A DNA stretch of 64,000 nucleotides. Origin: Candidatus Magasanikiibacteriota bacterium. GTDB taxonomy: Bacteria > Patescibacteriota > Patescibacteriia > Magasanikbacterales > UBA922. Below the pieces are notes generated by a model that saw only the letters and a list, made by a program, of their open reading frames with translations, was not told where the DNA came from and did not search any database. A program made the translations under genes and the position numbers. Positions within the stretch are counted from its first letter, which is position 1, and each line of letters begins with the position of its first letter. This document shows, piece after piece, positions 29,826 to 40,493 of this stretch. The stretch is from assembly GCA_018650645.1 (NCBI GenBank), contig JABIFP010000025.1:7976-71975 (forward strand), given 5' to 3'.

Positions 29826-29973
29826 ACACGAGGTTCTTTTTGAAATATACGATGACTCAAGTATACCTTGGCTGGGCAAAAAAAAGAACTCGCGCATATT
29901 GACAGAGAGCAAAAGCTATGCTACGTTGCGTGAAGAACACTAACTGCCGCAACGCGGCTAAGGGAGGACGGCC

Positions 29974-30579
29974 ATGGGAAGGCCAAAGAAGAAGGATGCG
30001 TGGTGCAAGACCCGGTACGGGCGGATTGGCCGCCTGATGGCCGATCCGGAAACTACTCATGACCAGAGACTGTTCCTGTTGCAGCTCGAAGAGTACCTGT
30101 CGATGAACGTCGATCAGGCACTCGATATCCTCGAGTGGCGCGGTGAAGCGCACGTCATCACCTCGCGACTTCACGGCATGGTCGACGGCATCGACCCGAT
30201 CGCTGCCAGGCATGGGCTGAAGCTGCCGTTCACTGCGGAGGGCGAGGGCGTGAACACCACCTGGACGTGGATCGAGTGGCAGATGATCACGCCGATGGAC
30301 CTGTTCTGGCGGAGAACGGGGAAAGGGAACGCCCCTCTACTCCTTCAGCTACAGGAGGGAGGCAACCCCGAACAAATTGCGTGCGCGCTCTACAAATATC
30401 CCAAAGGTACCAAAATGGTGGGTTGGACACCGACTGATCTGCGCGAAGCTGCCGCAGATGCAATCGAGGCACTTTTGCAGACGGCCGAACGTGCGGGTCT
30501 CGGCAACGTCATTCAGACATCGACTGCCGACGGCGAACCCTACTACCGCTGGGTCGGCCCCCAGATCCCGCCCGCCTAG
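29974..30579 (+). CDS. hypothetical protein encoded in a GC-rich island
   Basis: A 201-aa ORF in a ~60% GC segment. A strong RBS taagggaggacggccATG precedes it. No recognisable domain. Confidence 0.5.
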   Translation: MGRPKKKDAWCKTRYGRIGRLMADPETTHDQRLFLLQLEEYLSMNVDQALDILEWRGEAHVITSRLHGMVDGIDPIAARHGLKLPFTAEGEGVNTTWTWIEWQMITPMDLFWRRTGKGNAPLLLQLQEGGNPEQIACALYKYPKGTKMVGWTPTDLREAAADAIEALLQTAERAGLGNVIQTSTADGEPYYRWVGPQIPPA

Positions 30580-30702
30580 CCCACACTCAAAGGGCGCGAC
30601 AAGAGACTACCGAGTAGCCCGGTTCCTGGCTACAACCGATTGCGGGGCGCACGTCGCCCCCAATCACTTTACTACGGCATATACTGCCTTTTTATTTTAC
30701 AA

Positions 30703-30740
30703 AAAAAGAACCCGCGTTCACGGATTCTTTTTTCTTCTGC
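30703..30740. terminator. rho-independent terminator downstream of rplY (minus strand), usable in both directions
   Basis: Plus strand: aaaaaaagaacccgcg ttcac ggattctttttt. The stem pairs with one G-U wobble. Confidence 0.5.
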
Positions 30741-30744
30741 GCTA

Positions 30745-31383
30745 TTACGCTGCAGCTTCTTCTTCAGTTTTTCCTTTCTTTTCAACTTCAATGTCTTCAA
30801 TACTTGGAGCTGCTGTTTCTTCTTCATCTTCTTCAACAGCAATTCGAGGAGCATTCACTTTTGCGACAAGAATTTCCTTGTCTTCCGTTGTTACCATTCC
30901 TTCTGGAAGTGGAATATCTTTTACATGGATTGAATCTTCAAATGTTGCAAGAACAGAAATGTCTACATCGAGTTGGTCAACCAAATCTTTTGGAAGTGAT
31001 TGTACACCAATCGAATCTAACATGCTCATAAGTGTACCACCGAGTTTCACTGCGTGAGATTCACCAATGAAGTTGAGGTGTACAGTTGAATCAACCATTT
31101 GACCGGCAACAACTTGGTAAAAATCGAGGTGTGAAAATCTGTGTGATGTTGGCACAAGTTGCCAATCTTTGATAAGTACATCATATTTCTCGCCTCCTTC
31201 AATAGAAAGCTCAATAATTGATGATGTTCCCGCTGCTTTATACAACTTTTCAAATTGGTTGTAATCAACTGAAAGTGTTACAGGAGCTAACTCTCTTCCG
31301 TAAATCACTGCTGGGATACGACCGCTCTCTCGGATAGCGTCTGGCTTTCCTTCTCGGGCAGTTGCTGAAATTGAATGCGACAT
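30745..31383 (-). CDS. rplY: 50S ribosomal protein L25 / general stress protein Ctc, with an acidic C-terminal tail
   Basis: The N-terminus AREGKPDAIRESGRIPAVIYG matches the L25 signature. The C-terminal tail is EEDEEETAAPSIEDIEVEKKGKTEEEAAA. Confidence 0.85.
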   Translation of the reverse strand: MSHSISATAREGKPDAIRESGRIPAVIYGRELAPVTLSVDYNQFEKLYKAAGTSSIIELSIEGGEKYDVLIKDWQLVPTSHRFSHLDFYQVVAGQMVDSTVHLNFIGESHAVKLGGTLMSMLDSIGVQSLPKDLVDQLDVDISVLATFEDSIHVKDIPLPEGMVTTEDKEILVAKVNAPRIAVEEDEEETAAPSIEDIEVEKKGKTEEEAAA

Positions 31384-31392
31384 ATTTGGGTA

Positions 31393-31752
31393 TTACTGCA
31401 ATATATGTTGAATAAATTGTGATGATTCTTGACGGAGCATTCTAGAAAACGACAGTAATGTGTCTTCTGTGATTGGTTCAGCTGCCCGCAAACGCTCTGC
31501 GTCTGATAAGTTCAGGTCTGTGACCATCCCTATGGAGCTGATACTCCCTCTTGATTTCACCACTAAGGCAAAAATAGCTTGATGACAACCACCACACGTG
31601 ACGTGCAGAAGCTGTGTCCCTTCTTCTTCCTCTAAAACGGCCACATGTTCTCCCTCATAAGAGGCGTCACATATTGGACATTCTTGAAGAAGCTGTTTTT
31701 GGGTTAACTGCTCATCTGAAGATGGCAATTTTGGACTCTTTTTGCTCTTCAT
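31393..31752 (-). CDS. small zinc-ribbon-containing hypothetical protein
   Basis: CPIC...CGGC motifs; probable start MKSKKSPK. No homology recognised. Confidence 0.4.
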   Translation of the reverse strand: MKSKKSPKLPSSDEQLTQKQLLQECPICDASYEGEHVAVLEEEEGTQLLHVTCGGCHQAIFALVVKSRGSISSIGMVTDLNLSDAERLRAAEPITEDTLLSFSRMLRQESSQFIQHILQ

Positions 31753-31845
31753 ATTAGCGGTGGCTATTGTAGTAAATAAGAGGAGGTTTGTCAAGGGCAG
31801 TTATGCTTCATAAACGAGACCTATCCCTATGGTAAAAGTATACCA

Positions 31846-32949
31846 CTAATACTGGTGATGCGCATGTCTATAGACACTTTGGACCACACCCAAAAGGAAC
31901 ATATTGATGATAAGAGAAGATCCACCATAACTCACAAAGGGTAGGGTTACCCCTGTAACAGGGAGCATTCCCGTGGCCCCTCCTACGTTAATGAGCAAAT
32001 GCACCGCAAACAAGAGGGCTATCCCTAACACCACATAGGCATCAAAATCGTCTTTTGCCAGCTTTGCCGTGGCTATCAGCCGCCAACACATCAGCACATA
32101 CAGTACCAAAAGGAGCGAAGTCCCTATAAACCCTAATTCTTCCCCAATAACCGCAAAAATAAAGTCCGTCTGGGCCTCTGGCAAAAAATGGAGCTGGCTT
32201 TGCGAACCAAACCCAAGTCCCCTACCATAGAACTGCCCGGCTCCAATAGCAATAATCGACTGGCGCACATTATATCCATATTCACTAGTTTCTGGGTCCA
32301 AAAAGGCCATAAACCGACCACGCTGATAATCTTGAAAAAAGAACATCCACCCAAGCACTAAAAGCGTTATAAACACCATCACCAGTCCTAATAAATACCG
32401 TTTTTTGGCACCCGTTAAATACAATAATCCAAACCAAATGGCAAATAAAATTGCAGCCGATCCAAGATCTGGTTGCAGCAAAATAAGCCCACCCAAAAAG
32501 GCCGTGGCAAGACCGCTAGAGACTACAAATTGCCATTCATCAAATCGCCTACCCTGCCGGGCAATAAGCCACCCCATTAAAAAAATCAGTGATACTTTTG
32601 CAAATTCTGCGGGCTGAAAAGAAAACCCGGCAAGCCGGAACCACCCTCTGGTACCGTTCACCGTCACACCAAAGATGAGTACCCCAACAAGCGCCAGTAG
32701 TGATCCTAAATACGCAATACGCGCAAGCGATTCATATCGCGAAACATGAATCGATCCGGCAATAAAAAAAACTGCAAGCGCAATGGCCGCAGACATGAGT
32801 TGTCTTGGTACAAACGTCAGCTCGGTTCCTTTAGACAAATCCACGCTATACACCGCAGAAAGTCCAATCATCATCAAAATTAAAACAACGATTGTAAGAA
32901 ACCAATCGTATGAACGAAGGACAGTAAATATTCTCCGCAAAAAGTTCAT
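31846..32949 (-). CDS. rodA: SEDS-family peptidoglycan glycosyltransferase (RodA/FtsW)
   Basis: A polytopic membrane protein, 367 aa. It carries a conserved SEDS motif (AEFAK) and a second SEDS signature (PFVSYGGSS). Confidence 0.85.
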   Translation of the reverse strand: MNFLRRIFTVLRSYDWFLTIVVLILMMIGLSAVYSVDLSKGTELTFVPRQLMSAAIALAVFFIAGSIHVSRYESLARIAYLGSLLALVGVLIFGVTVNGTRGWFRLAGFSFQPAEFAKVSLIFLMGWLIARQGRRFDEWQFVVSSGLATAFLGGLILLQPDLGSAAILFAIWFGLLYLTGAKKRYLLGLVMVFITLLVLGWMFFFQDYQRGRFMAFLDPETSEYGYNVRQSIIAIGAGQFYGRGLGFGSQSQLHFLPEAQTDFIFAVIGEELGFIGTSLLLVLYVLMCWRLIATAKLAKDDFDAYVVLGIALLFAVHLLINVGGATGMLPVTGVTLPFVSYGGSSLIINMFLLGVVQSVYRHAHHQY

Positions 32950-32958
32950 AGCCAGCTA

Positions 32959-33840
32959 TTACGATCCCACTGGCATGTAGATACTTCTATCAAATACATC
33001 CATTGCAGGAATCAATCGAATATTAGTCACCCTATCAAGGTTCACAAATGGACGCAAGTCAATGGCACGCTCTTCTTGTGCGCGCAGTGTTGGTACAGAC
33101 AATGGAAATACGCCAACAATGGCCTTCCCTCTTCTCATTTCAACAAGAAAATCTGCATGCCAATAATCAAATACAGTTTCATTTGTTAAGGTAAATGTGA
33201 TTTTAGAGGTTCCTTCTTCTGTCTCTGCCCCAATGGCAGTATCGGCTGTCATAAAATCGAGTCGATCAGCTACATATGCAGGCACATCTGATACAAAATG
33301 AGCATTAATACGTTCCCAACGAATTCTATCTATTGCAAGCTTCACTGAAGACGGTCGTTTAGGCGATTCAATACCAAGAATACTCACCGCAGCACGTTGC
33401 CCAGGCAAAACTACCACCTCTTTCATTTCAGTTGGCCCAGTTGAAGCTTCATAATGATATGTCACATACGCCACATACCATGCATTTTCATTGGTAAACG
33501 CAGAATGGATGTCATACTTTCCTGGAGAACTCGCAAATACTTGAATTTTTTCTTCTTGAAGCGGGTCTGCCGCAAAAAGCTGCGTTGCTGTTGGAGAAGA
33601 AAGGTCTGCTACTTGCCGCAGTCGCGTATCTTTATCTTGCCAAAGCCCTCTAAACAGATATTCCCCAATCACAAACGTACTAAACGCGATGGTAATAACA
33701 CCCCACGCAATGAGCAGCCCAAAAGAAAGCCGTCGCAAAAATATTTTGTGCCGTACAAACCAATCTCCAACAGCGAGTTCTTTGTTTGTGAACTCCCCCG
33801 TTGGATCAATGTATTGTTCAAAACCGCTTTTCTTTGTCAT
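32959..33840 (-). CDS. membrane-anchored hypothetical protein (single TM)
   Basis: A TM segment LSFGLLIAWGVITIAFSTFVIG, then a soluble domain with no recognised motifs. Probable start MTKKSG (33840). It lies immediately upstream of rodA on the same strand. Confidence 0.45.
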   Translation of the reverse strand: MTKKSGFEQYIDPTGEFTNKELAVGDWFVRHKIFLRRLSFGLLIAWGVITIAFSTFVIGEYLFRGLWQDKDTRLRQVADLSSPTATQLFAADPLQEEKIQVFASSPGKYDIHSAFTNENAWYVAYVTYHYEASTGPTEMKEVVVLPGQRAAVSILGIESPKRPSSVKLAIDRIRWERINAHFVSDVPAYVADRLDFMTADTAIGAETEEGTSKITFTLTNETVFDYWHADFLVEMRRGKAIVGVFPLSVPTLRAQEERAIDLRPFVNLDRVTNIRLIPAMDVFDRSIYMPVGS

Positions 33841-34018
33841 ACTGATAATAGTGAGAATAGTATACACTATTTTTTAGAAAAATTCTTCTTATCCATGAGC
33901 AAAAAACATAAAAAAAGAATCATAATTGCGCTGATTGTGATTGCCCTACTTCTTTTGTGGGGAGAAATGGGTGTTGGGCTTTTTGGTTCACCTATTGCGG
34001 GGGATTAATAAAAAAACA

Positions 34019-34514
34019 TATGCAAAAGAAAAGTGAAATAACCGATATTAACGGTACAAAAAAAGATATTGCTTGTCTTTCTTGTGCCATCGTTAATAGA
34101 AACGTCACTCCGCCAGGAGCATTACCCGTTTCAGATTTTTTTGATGCGCATCAAGACTATGAGGTTCCAATCCCGGGATTTATTATTCTTGCATCAAAAC
34201 GACACATTCAAAGTGTTGATGAATTCACAAAAGAAGAACAACAAGACTTCATACAATTTCTTTCCCGCCTGCGTAAGGCTATGAGAGAATCATTAGGGAT
34301 AGAAAAAGTAGAACTTATCCAAGATGAAGATACGCGACACCACTTTCATATGTGGCTTTTTCCTCGATACGATTGGATGGAAGAAAAATTTGGAAGAAAA
34401 ATTGAGTCCATCCGCCCTGCCATGAAATATGCCCAAGAAAATATGAAGACTGAAGAAAATCTTGCAACAATTAAAGAATCTGTACAAAAATTAAAGACAT
34501 TTTTAGAACAATAG
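34019..34514 (+). CDS. HIT-family (histidine triad-like) nucleotide hydrolase/transferase
   Basis: An N-terminal CxxC (CLSCAI) and a degenerate His-triad (RHHFHMWLF). ATG at ~34019; the track lists an earlier TTG at 33957. Confidence 0.6.
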
Positions 34515-34524
34515 CCCTCAATCC

Positions 34525-35052
34525 ATGAAAAAAGCTGGAACAATAAAAAAATTGGCTGTATATCGCCTCACTCAAGAACTTGCCAAAGAACATGCTACAG
34601 CTCTAGCGGCAATAGCCAATCAGATTCCTCTGATAGATTATTCTGCAGCTGACATCCTTGCCGAGCATAAGGGTGACCGAATCTTTCATGGAAAATGGGA
34701 GCACAGTTTACTAGTACTGGATGAAAATATCCCTGTCAGCTTTATCATGGCATATGAACGCGAAGCAGAAAGAAATGAGCAATACCTTAAACATTCCTTG
34801 TACATCAGCGAGCTTCTTGTTGCTGAGCAGTACCAGCGTCAGGGTATAGGCAGTGCCTTGATTACAAAATTTCTTGAAATAAACAAGTCATTTCACCACC
34901 TTGAAGGCACGCTTTTATACAGCACACAGACAAATTCAGCCGCCTGGAATCAACATGTCCAAAATCTATATATATCGCATGGTTTTAAGCACACGGGGAA
35001 TAAAATTTACCCCAATAGAAACGATATTATTTTAACCAAAACCTCTGACTGA
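34525..35052 (+). CDS. GNAT-family N-acetyltransferase
   Basis: Motif A QRQGIGSAL; 175 aa. Confidence 0.7.
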   Translation: MKKAGTIKKLAVYRLTQELAKEHATALAAIANQIPLIDYSAADILAEHKGDRIFHGKWEHSLLVLDENIPVSFIMAYEREAERNEQYLKHSLYISELLVAEQYQRQGIGSALITKFLEINKSFHHLEGTLLYSTQTNSAAWNQHVQNLYISHGFKHTGNKIYPNRNDIILTKTSD

Positions 35053-35054
35053 TC

Positions 35055-35100
35055 ATTCGTCTCCCCCTTCCCCTCTCCCTTGCTCCCCCTCTCTCCCCAT
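35055..35100 (+). repeat. polypyrimidine (C/T-only) tract
   Basis: tctcccccttcccctctcccttgctccccctctctcccc is ~45 nt with almost no purines, immediately upstream of a TACAAT box (35104-35109) and gyrB. Confidence 0.6.
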
Positions 35101-35130
35101 GCTACAATGGATCCGTACTTATAGCACTGA

Positions 35131-37194
<2,064 letters not shown>

Positions 37195-37210
37195 AAAGCA
37201 ACAATAAAAA

Positions 37211-37238
37211 AAGACCCTACGCAAGGGTCTTTTTTTAT
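37211..37238. terminator. bidirectional rho-independent terminator
   Basis: aaaaaaagaccct acgca agggtcttttttt lies between gyrB (+) and the TrmB-like gene (-). Confidence 0.8.
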
Positions 37239-37999
37239 TTATCAAGCTGCTGCCACAAGTTCTTCCACAAAATCATTTGCGACTGTGCAAAGTCGAAACT
37301 TTTTATGCGCATGCCGTAAAGCTCTGGTAAAAATGAAATAATGTATACCGTATCCCCAATTATTTCAATTGAAGATTTCATTGCACCAAACTTTGCAACT
37401 GGTGCATACCGCAATTCACGGTTAAGTGCTTTGTGATCAGAAAGCGATGTGTCTTTGGGATCATCTTGCCAAATAGTATATGTTTGAATACCACGTTTTG
37501 CTCGCTCATTCAAATATGTTTCCCCATACCCCGCATCTAAAAATTGCTCCACAACAGCAAATGATGGCGTAATTCCATACAACTTTTTGCTGTTACTCAT
37601 CAATATTTTTTCAGCAACGGTTTTTATTCCGTCCTTTCCTTTAAAGAATTCCACCTGTGGCATTCCTTTATGCACCGAATCTTCTTGAATAGGAAAAAAT
37701 GGAAGTGCTTTATCTAATGTTTTGCTCATGGTACTGAGCTCCCGTTGCTTTCTTTCAATAATATTCTTTAACTGCGCAGGCGGCTCTGCTCTATATCTTG
37801 CCACACGAGTTGATCCGGTGAGATGAACAATTCCCTTTTGCTGAAGCGTTTCGAGTGCATGATATACGGTTGGACGCTTGATCTGCGTTTTTTTAGCAAG
37901 CTCTGAACCGCTAAAATGAGTTCCGCTAAGAAGGGCCAGGTACACCAGCACTTCATTTTCTGTAAAACCAAATTGTTTTAACAATGCCGATATATTCAT
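37235..37999 (-). CDS. TrmB-family transcriptional regulator
   Basis: An N-terminal winged HTH (LKQFGFTENEVLVYLALLSGTHFSGSELAKKTQIKRPTVYHALETLQQKGIV) and a TrmB-like C-terminal domain. Probable start MNISALL. Confidence 0.65.
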   Translation of the reverse strand: MNISALLKQFGFTENEVLVYLALLSGTHFSGSELAKKTQIKRPTVYHALETLQQKGIVHLTGSTRVARYRAEPPAQLKNIIERKQRELSTMSKTLDKALPFFPIQEDSVHKGMPQVEFFKGKDGIKTVAEKILMSNSKKLYGITPSFAVVEQFLDAGYGETYLNERAKRGIQTYTIWQDDPKDTSLSDHKALNRELRYAPVAKFGAMKSSIEIIGDTVYIISFLPELYGMRIKSFDFAQSQMILWKNLWQQLDK

Positions 38000-38108
38000 A
38001 TATATGTATAGTACCCTGTGCATTGACTGTTGTCAACACTGTCTTGACAGACTACTTATTTAACTCTATTTAGCTATTTTACATAAGGAAGATACTGTCT
38101 ACACCATA

Positions 38109-38137
38109 TTGACAAAATGCTTTTTCTATGCTATAGA
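38109..38137 (+). promoter_or_regulatory. putative sigma70-type promoter (TTGACA-N17-TATAGA)
   Basis: catATTGACAaaat, then a 17-nt spacer, then TATAGA. The same catattgacaaaat motif recurs at 46380. Confidence 0.35.
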
Positions 38138-38169
38138 TAGTGTAGTTCTTTCACAAAGAAAGAGGTCCC

Positions 38170-39210
38170 ATGAGCTCTATTTCACTTTCCACAGAATTCC
38201 GTCTGGCGCGCGAGTACCCTGGTAAAACTCTCCGAGACCTTGCCTTGCACGGCTTTCGTTTGGAGCAGCTTGAAAAATTTGAAGCTGGCGAAATGAATGA
38301 GGACGGCAATCCCTTGATCCAAGGTGCTCACCTACTACGCCTTGAAAAGCACCTCGGTAGTGCGCTGTACCACTTTGCTCCAGACAGTACCCGTTCCAGC
38401 CGATTGCTCCATGAAGTGTACCTCGCGCTGGCGCAGTTGAGTACGACGCCTCTTAAGTTGGCAGACATAGCAACCACACTGCAGCTGAAGACTGAAGACC
38501 TCTACGACGTCTGGAGAGGAAAACGAGCACTTGACCTTGAGGCGGGTAAGGCACTGCTCGGTTTGATCTCTCGTCTGCAAAACTGCGAATTTGCACTACC
38601 TGCGGCATACGGAAGGAGGATCTCCGCCGCAAGAAAGCGAGAAGGCCTTTCTCGAGAGGAACTTGCTCAAGCCGTACGAACACACCACTCCGTTGTGGAA
38701 ATGTGGGAGACTGATGAACTCTACCTAGCCGACGACCAGCATGCCGCGCTTGAATCGGTGTTAGGGCCGATGGAGAAAAGCCCAGCACACTGCAACGTGG
38801 ATCTCACGGCGCTCCTCAAGTCGCAGAGACATCTCAAGTCGAGGAGGCTCCAATTTTGGATCAGCGCAGCAAAGACAATCCGCATCGTGCGAGATGAAGG
38901 AGCCCCGCAGAGTGCTGACTGCCTTACGTGCACAACAGGTGACCCCATCAGAAAGTCTCCCCGCATAGGTAGGCCTCCAAAGATAGAACCTCCAAAAGAA
39001 CCCTGCAATTGGCCCCACATGCGTGATTGCACGCACCAACCAGCGGAAAGCCTCGCCATTCTCAGTAGCGACGAATCACAGCGACTGATGGTGGTATCCG
39101 AACCCAGCGGAGAATTGTGGGCACAGTACCTTTTTGAGAATCTGCACGCAACCGATTCCTACACACAATCCCTTCAATCCTTCCTCCGTGATTTCAAACC
39201 GCTCCGTTGA
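38170..39210 (+). CDS. XRE-type helix-turn-helix protein encoded in a GC-rich island (hypothetical regulator)
   Basis: Cro/C1-type HTH (RRISAARKREGLSREELAQAVRTHHSVVEMWE). ~60% GC. RBS aagaggtcccATG. Confidence 0.55.
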   Translation: MSSISLSTEFRLAREYPGKTLRDLALHGFRLEQLEKFEAGEMNEDGNPLIQGAHLLRLEKHLGSALYHFAPDSTRSSRLLHEVYLALAQLSTTPLKLADIATTLQLKTEDLYDVWRGKRALDLEAGKALLGLISRLQNCEFALPAAYGRRISAARKREGLSREELAQAVRTHHSVVEMWETDELYLADDQHAALESVLGPMEKSPAHCNVDLTALLKSQRHLKSRRLQFWISAAKTIRIVRDEGAPQSADCLTCTTGDPIRKSPRIGRPPKIEPPKEPCNWPHMRDCTHQPAESLAILSSDESQRLMVVSEPSGELWAQYLFENLHATDSYTQSLQSFLRDFKPLR

Positions 39211-39349
39211 GCCCAGCTCCGGAGCACCCCCCTTTTTTTAAAGGGATTTTTTTATAGAAAAAACTGCATACCAATTGATATGCAGTTTCCTATGGTGGAG
39301 CCATAACAGCTCCACCGGTCATGCCGCATTACTGCGGCGCTCCTTATGT

Positions 39350-40036
39350 TCAGTCAGGACTCAGGCGCACCAGCCGGAAGCCCACCGTCGGCGTGAGTGT
39401 GTTCGGGTCGAAGCATGAGAAGTCCTTGAACCCATGCCCCGGCATCGTCATGAAGTTCCGTTGCCCGTGCACGTAGTTGCAGCGGCCCTCGCCATCCGCA
39501 CTCCACTCAGAGACGTTCCCCCAGGGGCCGCGAATGCGACCCGCAGCAAGCTGCGGTACCGGCGTTGGCTTGTTCTTCAAGCAACGTGGGACCTCCCTCC
39601 ACGGACATCCCACCGCCCCATCAGGACCGTCCGTCAGGTGGATGGCAGCCGCCGCCCACTGCACGCGTGAAGCCATGGCGTAGGTACCCTTGTGTGTCCG
39701 CGAGTACCACTCTGCGTAGATCTTCGCATCGTACCAGCTGAGCCGCATCGGTGCGTCGAGCACCTGGTTCAGCTGAGTGAGATGACGCGGATACGGCCGG
39801 CTCGAACTGTTCACGAACTGCGCGTACTCACGCACCGTGACTGGATCACGCGCGATGGCGAAGGCCTTCTTGACCTCCACACGCTGATACCCGTCTGGCA
39901 ACCACCTATCGGTGGACGTTCCCATCTGCGCCTTATAGACGCCGGCCGGAACCGTTTCAAACCGCGGGAGTTCTTCAACTCCCGCCAGTGCGCTGCCGCC
40001 AAGCAGCACACTACATATCGTCATCCAAAAGCGCAT
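39350..40036 (-). CDS. secreted FGE-sulfatase (SUMF1/formylglycine-generating-enzyme-like) domain protein, GC-rich island
   Basis: A signal peptide, then WGNVSEWSADGEG, GHGFKDFSCFDP and GFRLVR signatures of PF03781. RBS gggaggaaagccATG. Confidence 0.7.
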   Translation of the reverse strand: MRFWMTICSVLLGGSALAGVEELPRFETVPAGVYKAQMGTSTDRWLPDGYQRVEVKKAFAIARDPVTVREYAQFVNSSSRPYPRHLTQLNQVLDAPMRLSWYDAKIYAEWYSRTHKGTYAMASRVQWAAAAIHLTDGPDGAVGCPWREVPRCLKNKPTPVPQLAAGRIRGPWGNVSEWSADGEGRCNYVHGQRNFMTMPGHGFKDFSCFDPNTLTPTVGFRLVRLSPD

Positions 40037-40158
40037 GGCTTTCCTCCCTGTTGAGTCTCAAGAAAACATGTATTCTGATATGCTATAGATATCAGATTTG
40101 TGCGGTTTCGTCAATGGGAGGGTTGAAAAAAAGCATGTTTTACGCTACACTCATGCAT

Positions 40159-40440
40159 ATGAAAAAAATACTAGATCAAAAACGACAATCACTCGCCAAT
40201 GTAGATGCAGGACTCCTTGCACTCCTTGAACGGCGTGTTGAACTTGCCAGAGAGTTTGCAACTATCAAAAAAGAACTCGACCTCTCTACTTTTTTACCAG
40301 GAGTTGAACAACAAAAGATTGCTTCGCTCAAAGAAAAGACCCATGATCCGTTTGTAAAAAATGCAATCGAAATTTTATGGCCGGTACTTTTTGGTGTCTC
40401 AAAAAAACTACAAGACGAGGTACGCGCAGAACATAAGTAA
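40159..40440 (+). CDS. chorismate mutase (AroQ class, ~93 aa)
   Basis: LDQKRQSLANVDAGLLALLERRVELAREFATIKKE matches the AroQ helix-1 pattern. The start is ambiguous (ATG at 40135, 40153 or 40159). Confidence 0.6.
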   Translation: MKKILDQKRQSLANVDAGLLALLERRVELAREFATIKKELDLSTFLPGVEQQKIASLKEKTHDPFVKNAIEILWPVLFGVSKKLQDEVRAEHK

Positions 40441-40476
40441 AAAAAAGCGGCCAACCCAAGGGTTGGCGCGCAAAGG
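40441..40476 (-). terminator. rho-independent terminator for the minus-strand GC-rich lipoprotein gene
   Basis: On the minus strand: gccaaccc tt gggttggc, then cgcttttttttac. Confidence 0.5.
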
Positions 40477-40493
40477 TCATGAGGCGTCAGCCC

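Noticed and set aside
30377-31057. 226-aa plus ORF spanning the island-2 / rplY boundary
   Set aside because: It crosses the terminator and runs antisense through rplY. Pro/Ser/Arg-rich nonsense.
33454-34008. 184-aa plus ORF
   Set aside because: Its first ~150 codons are antisense to the 32959-33840 membrane protein. Only the last 37 codons (from the ATG at ~33895) are intergenic and could be a small TM peptide. Kept only as a low-confidence note.
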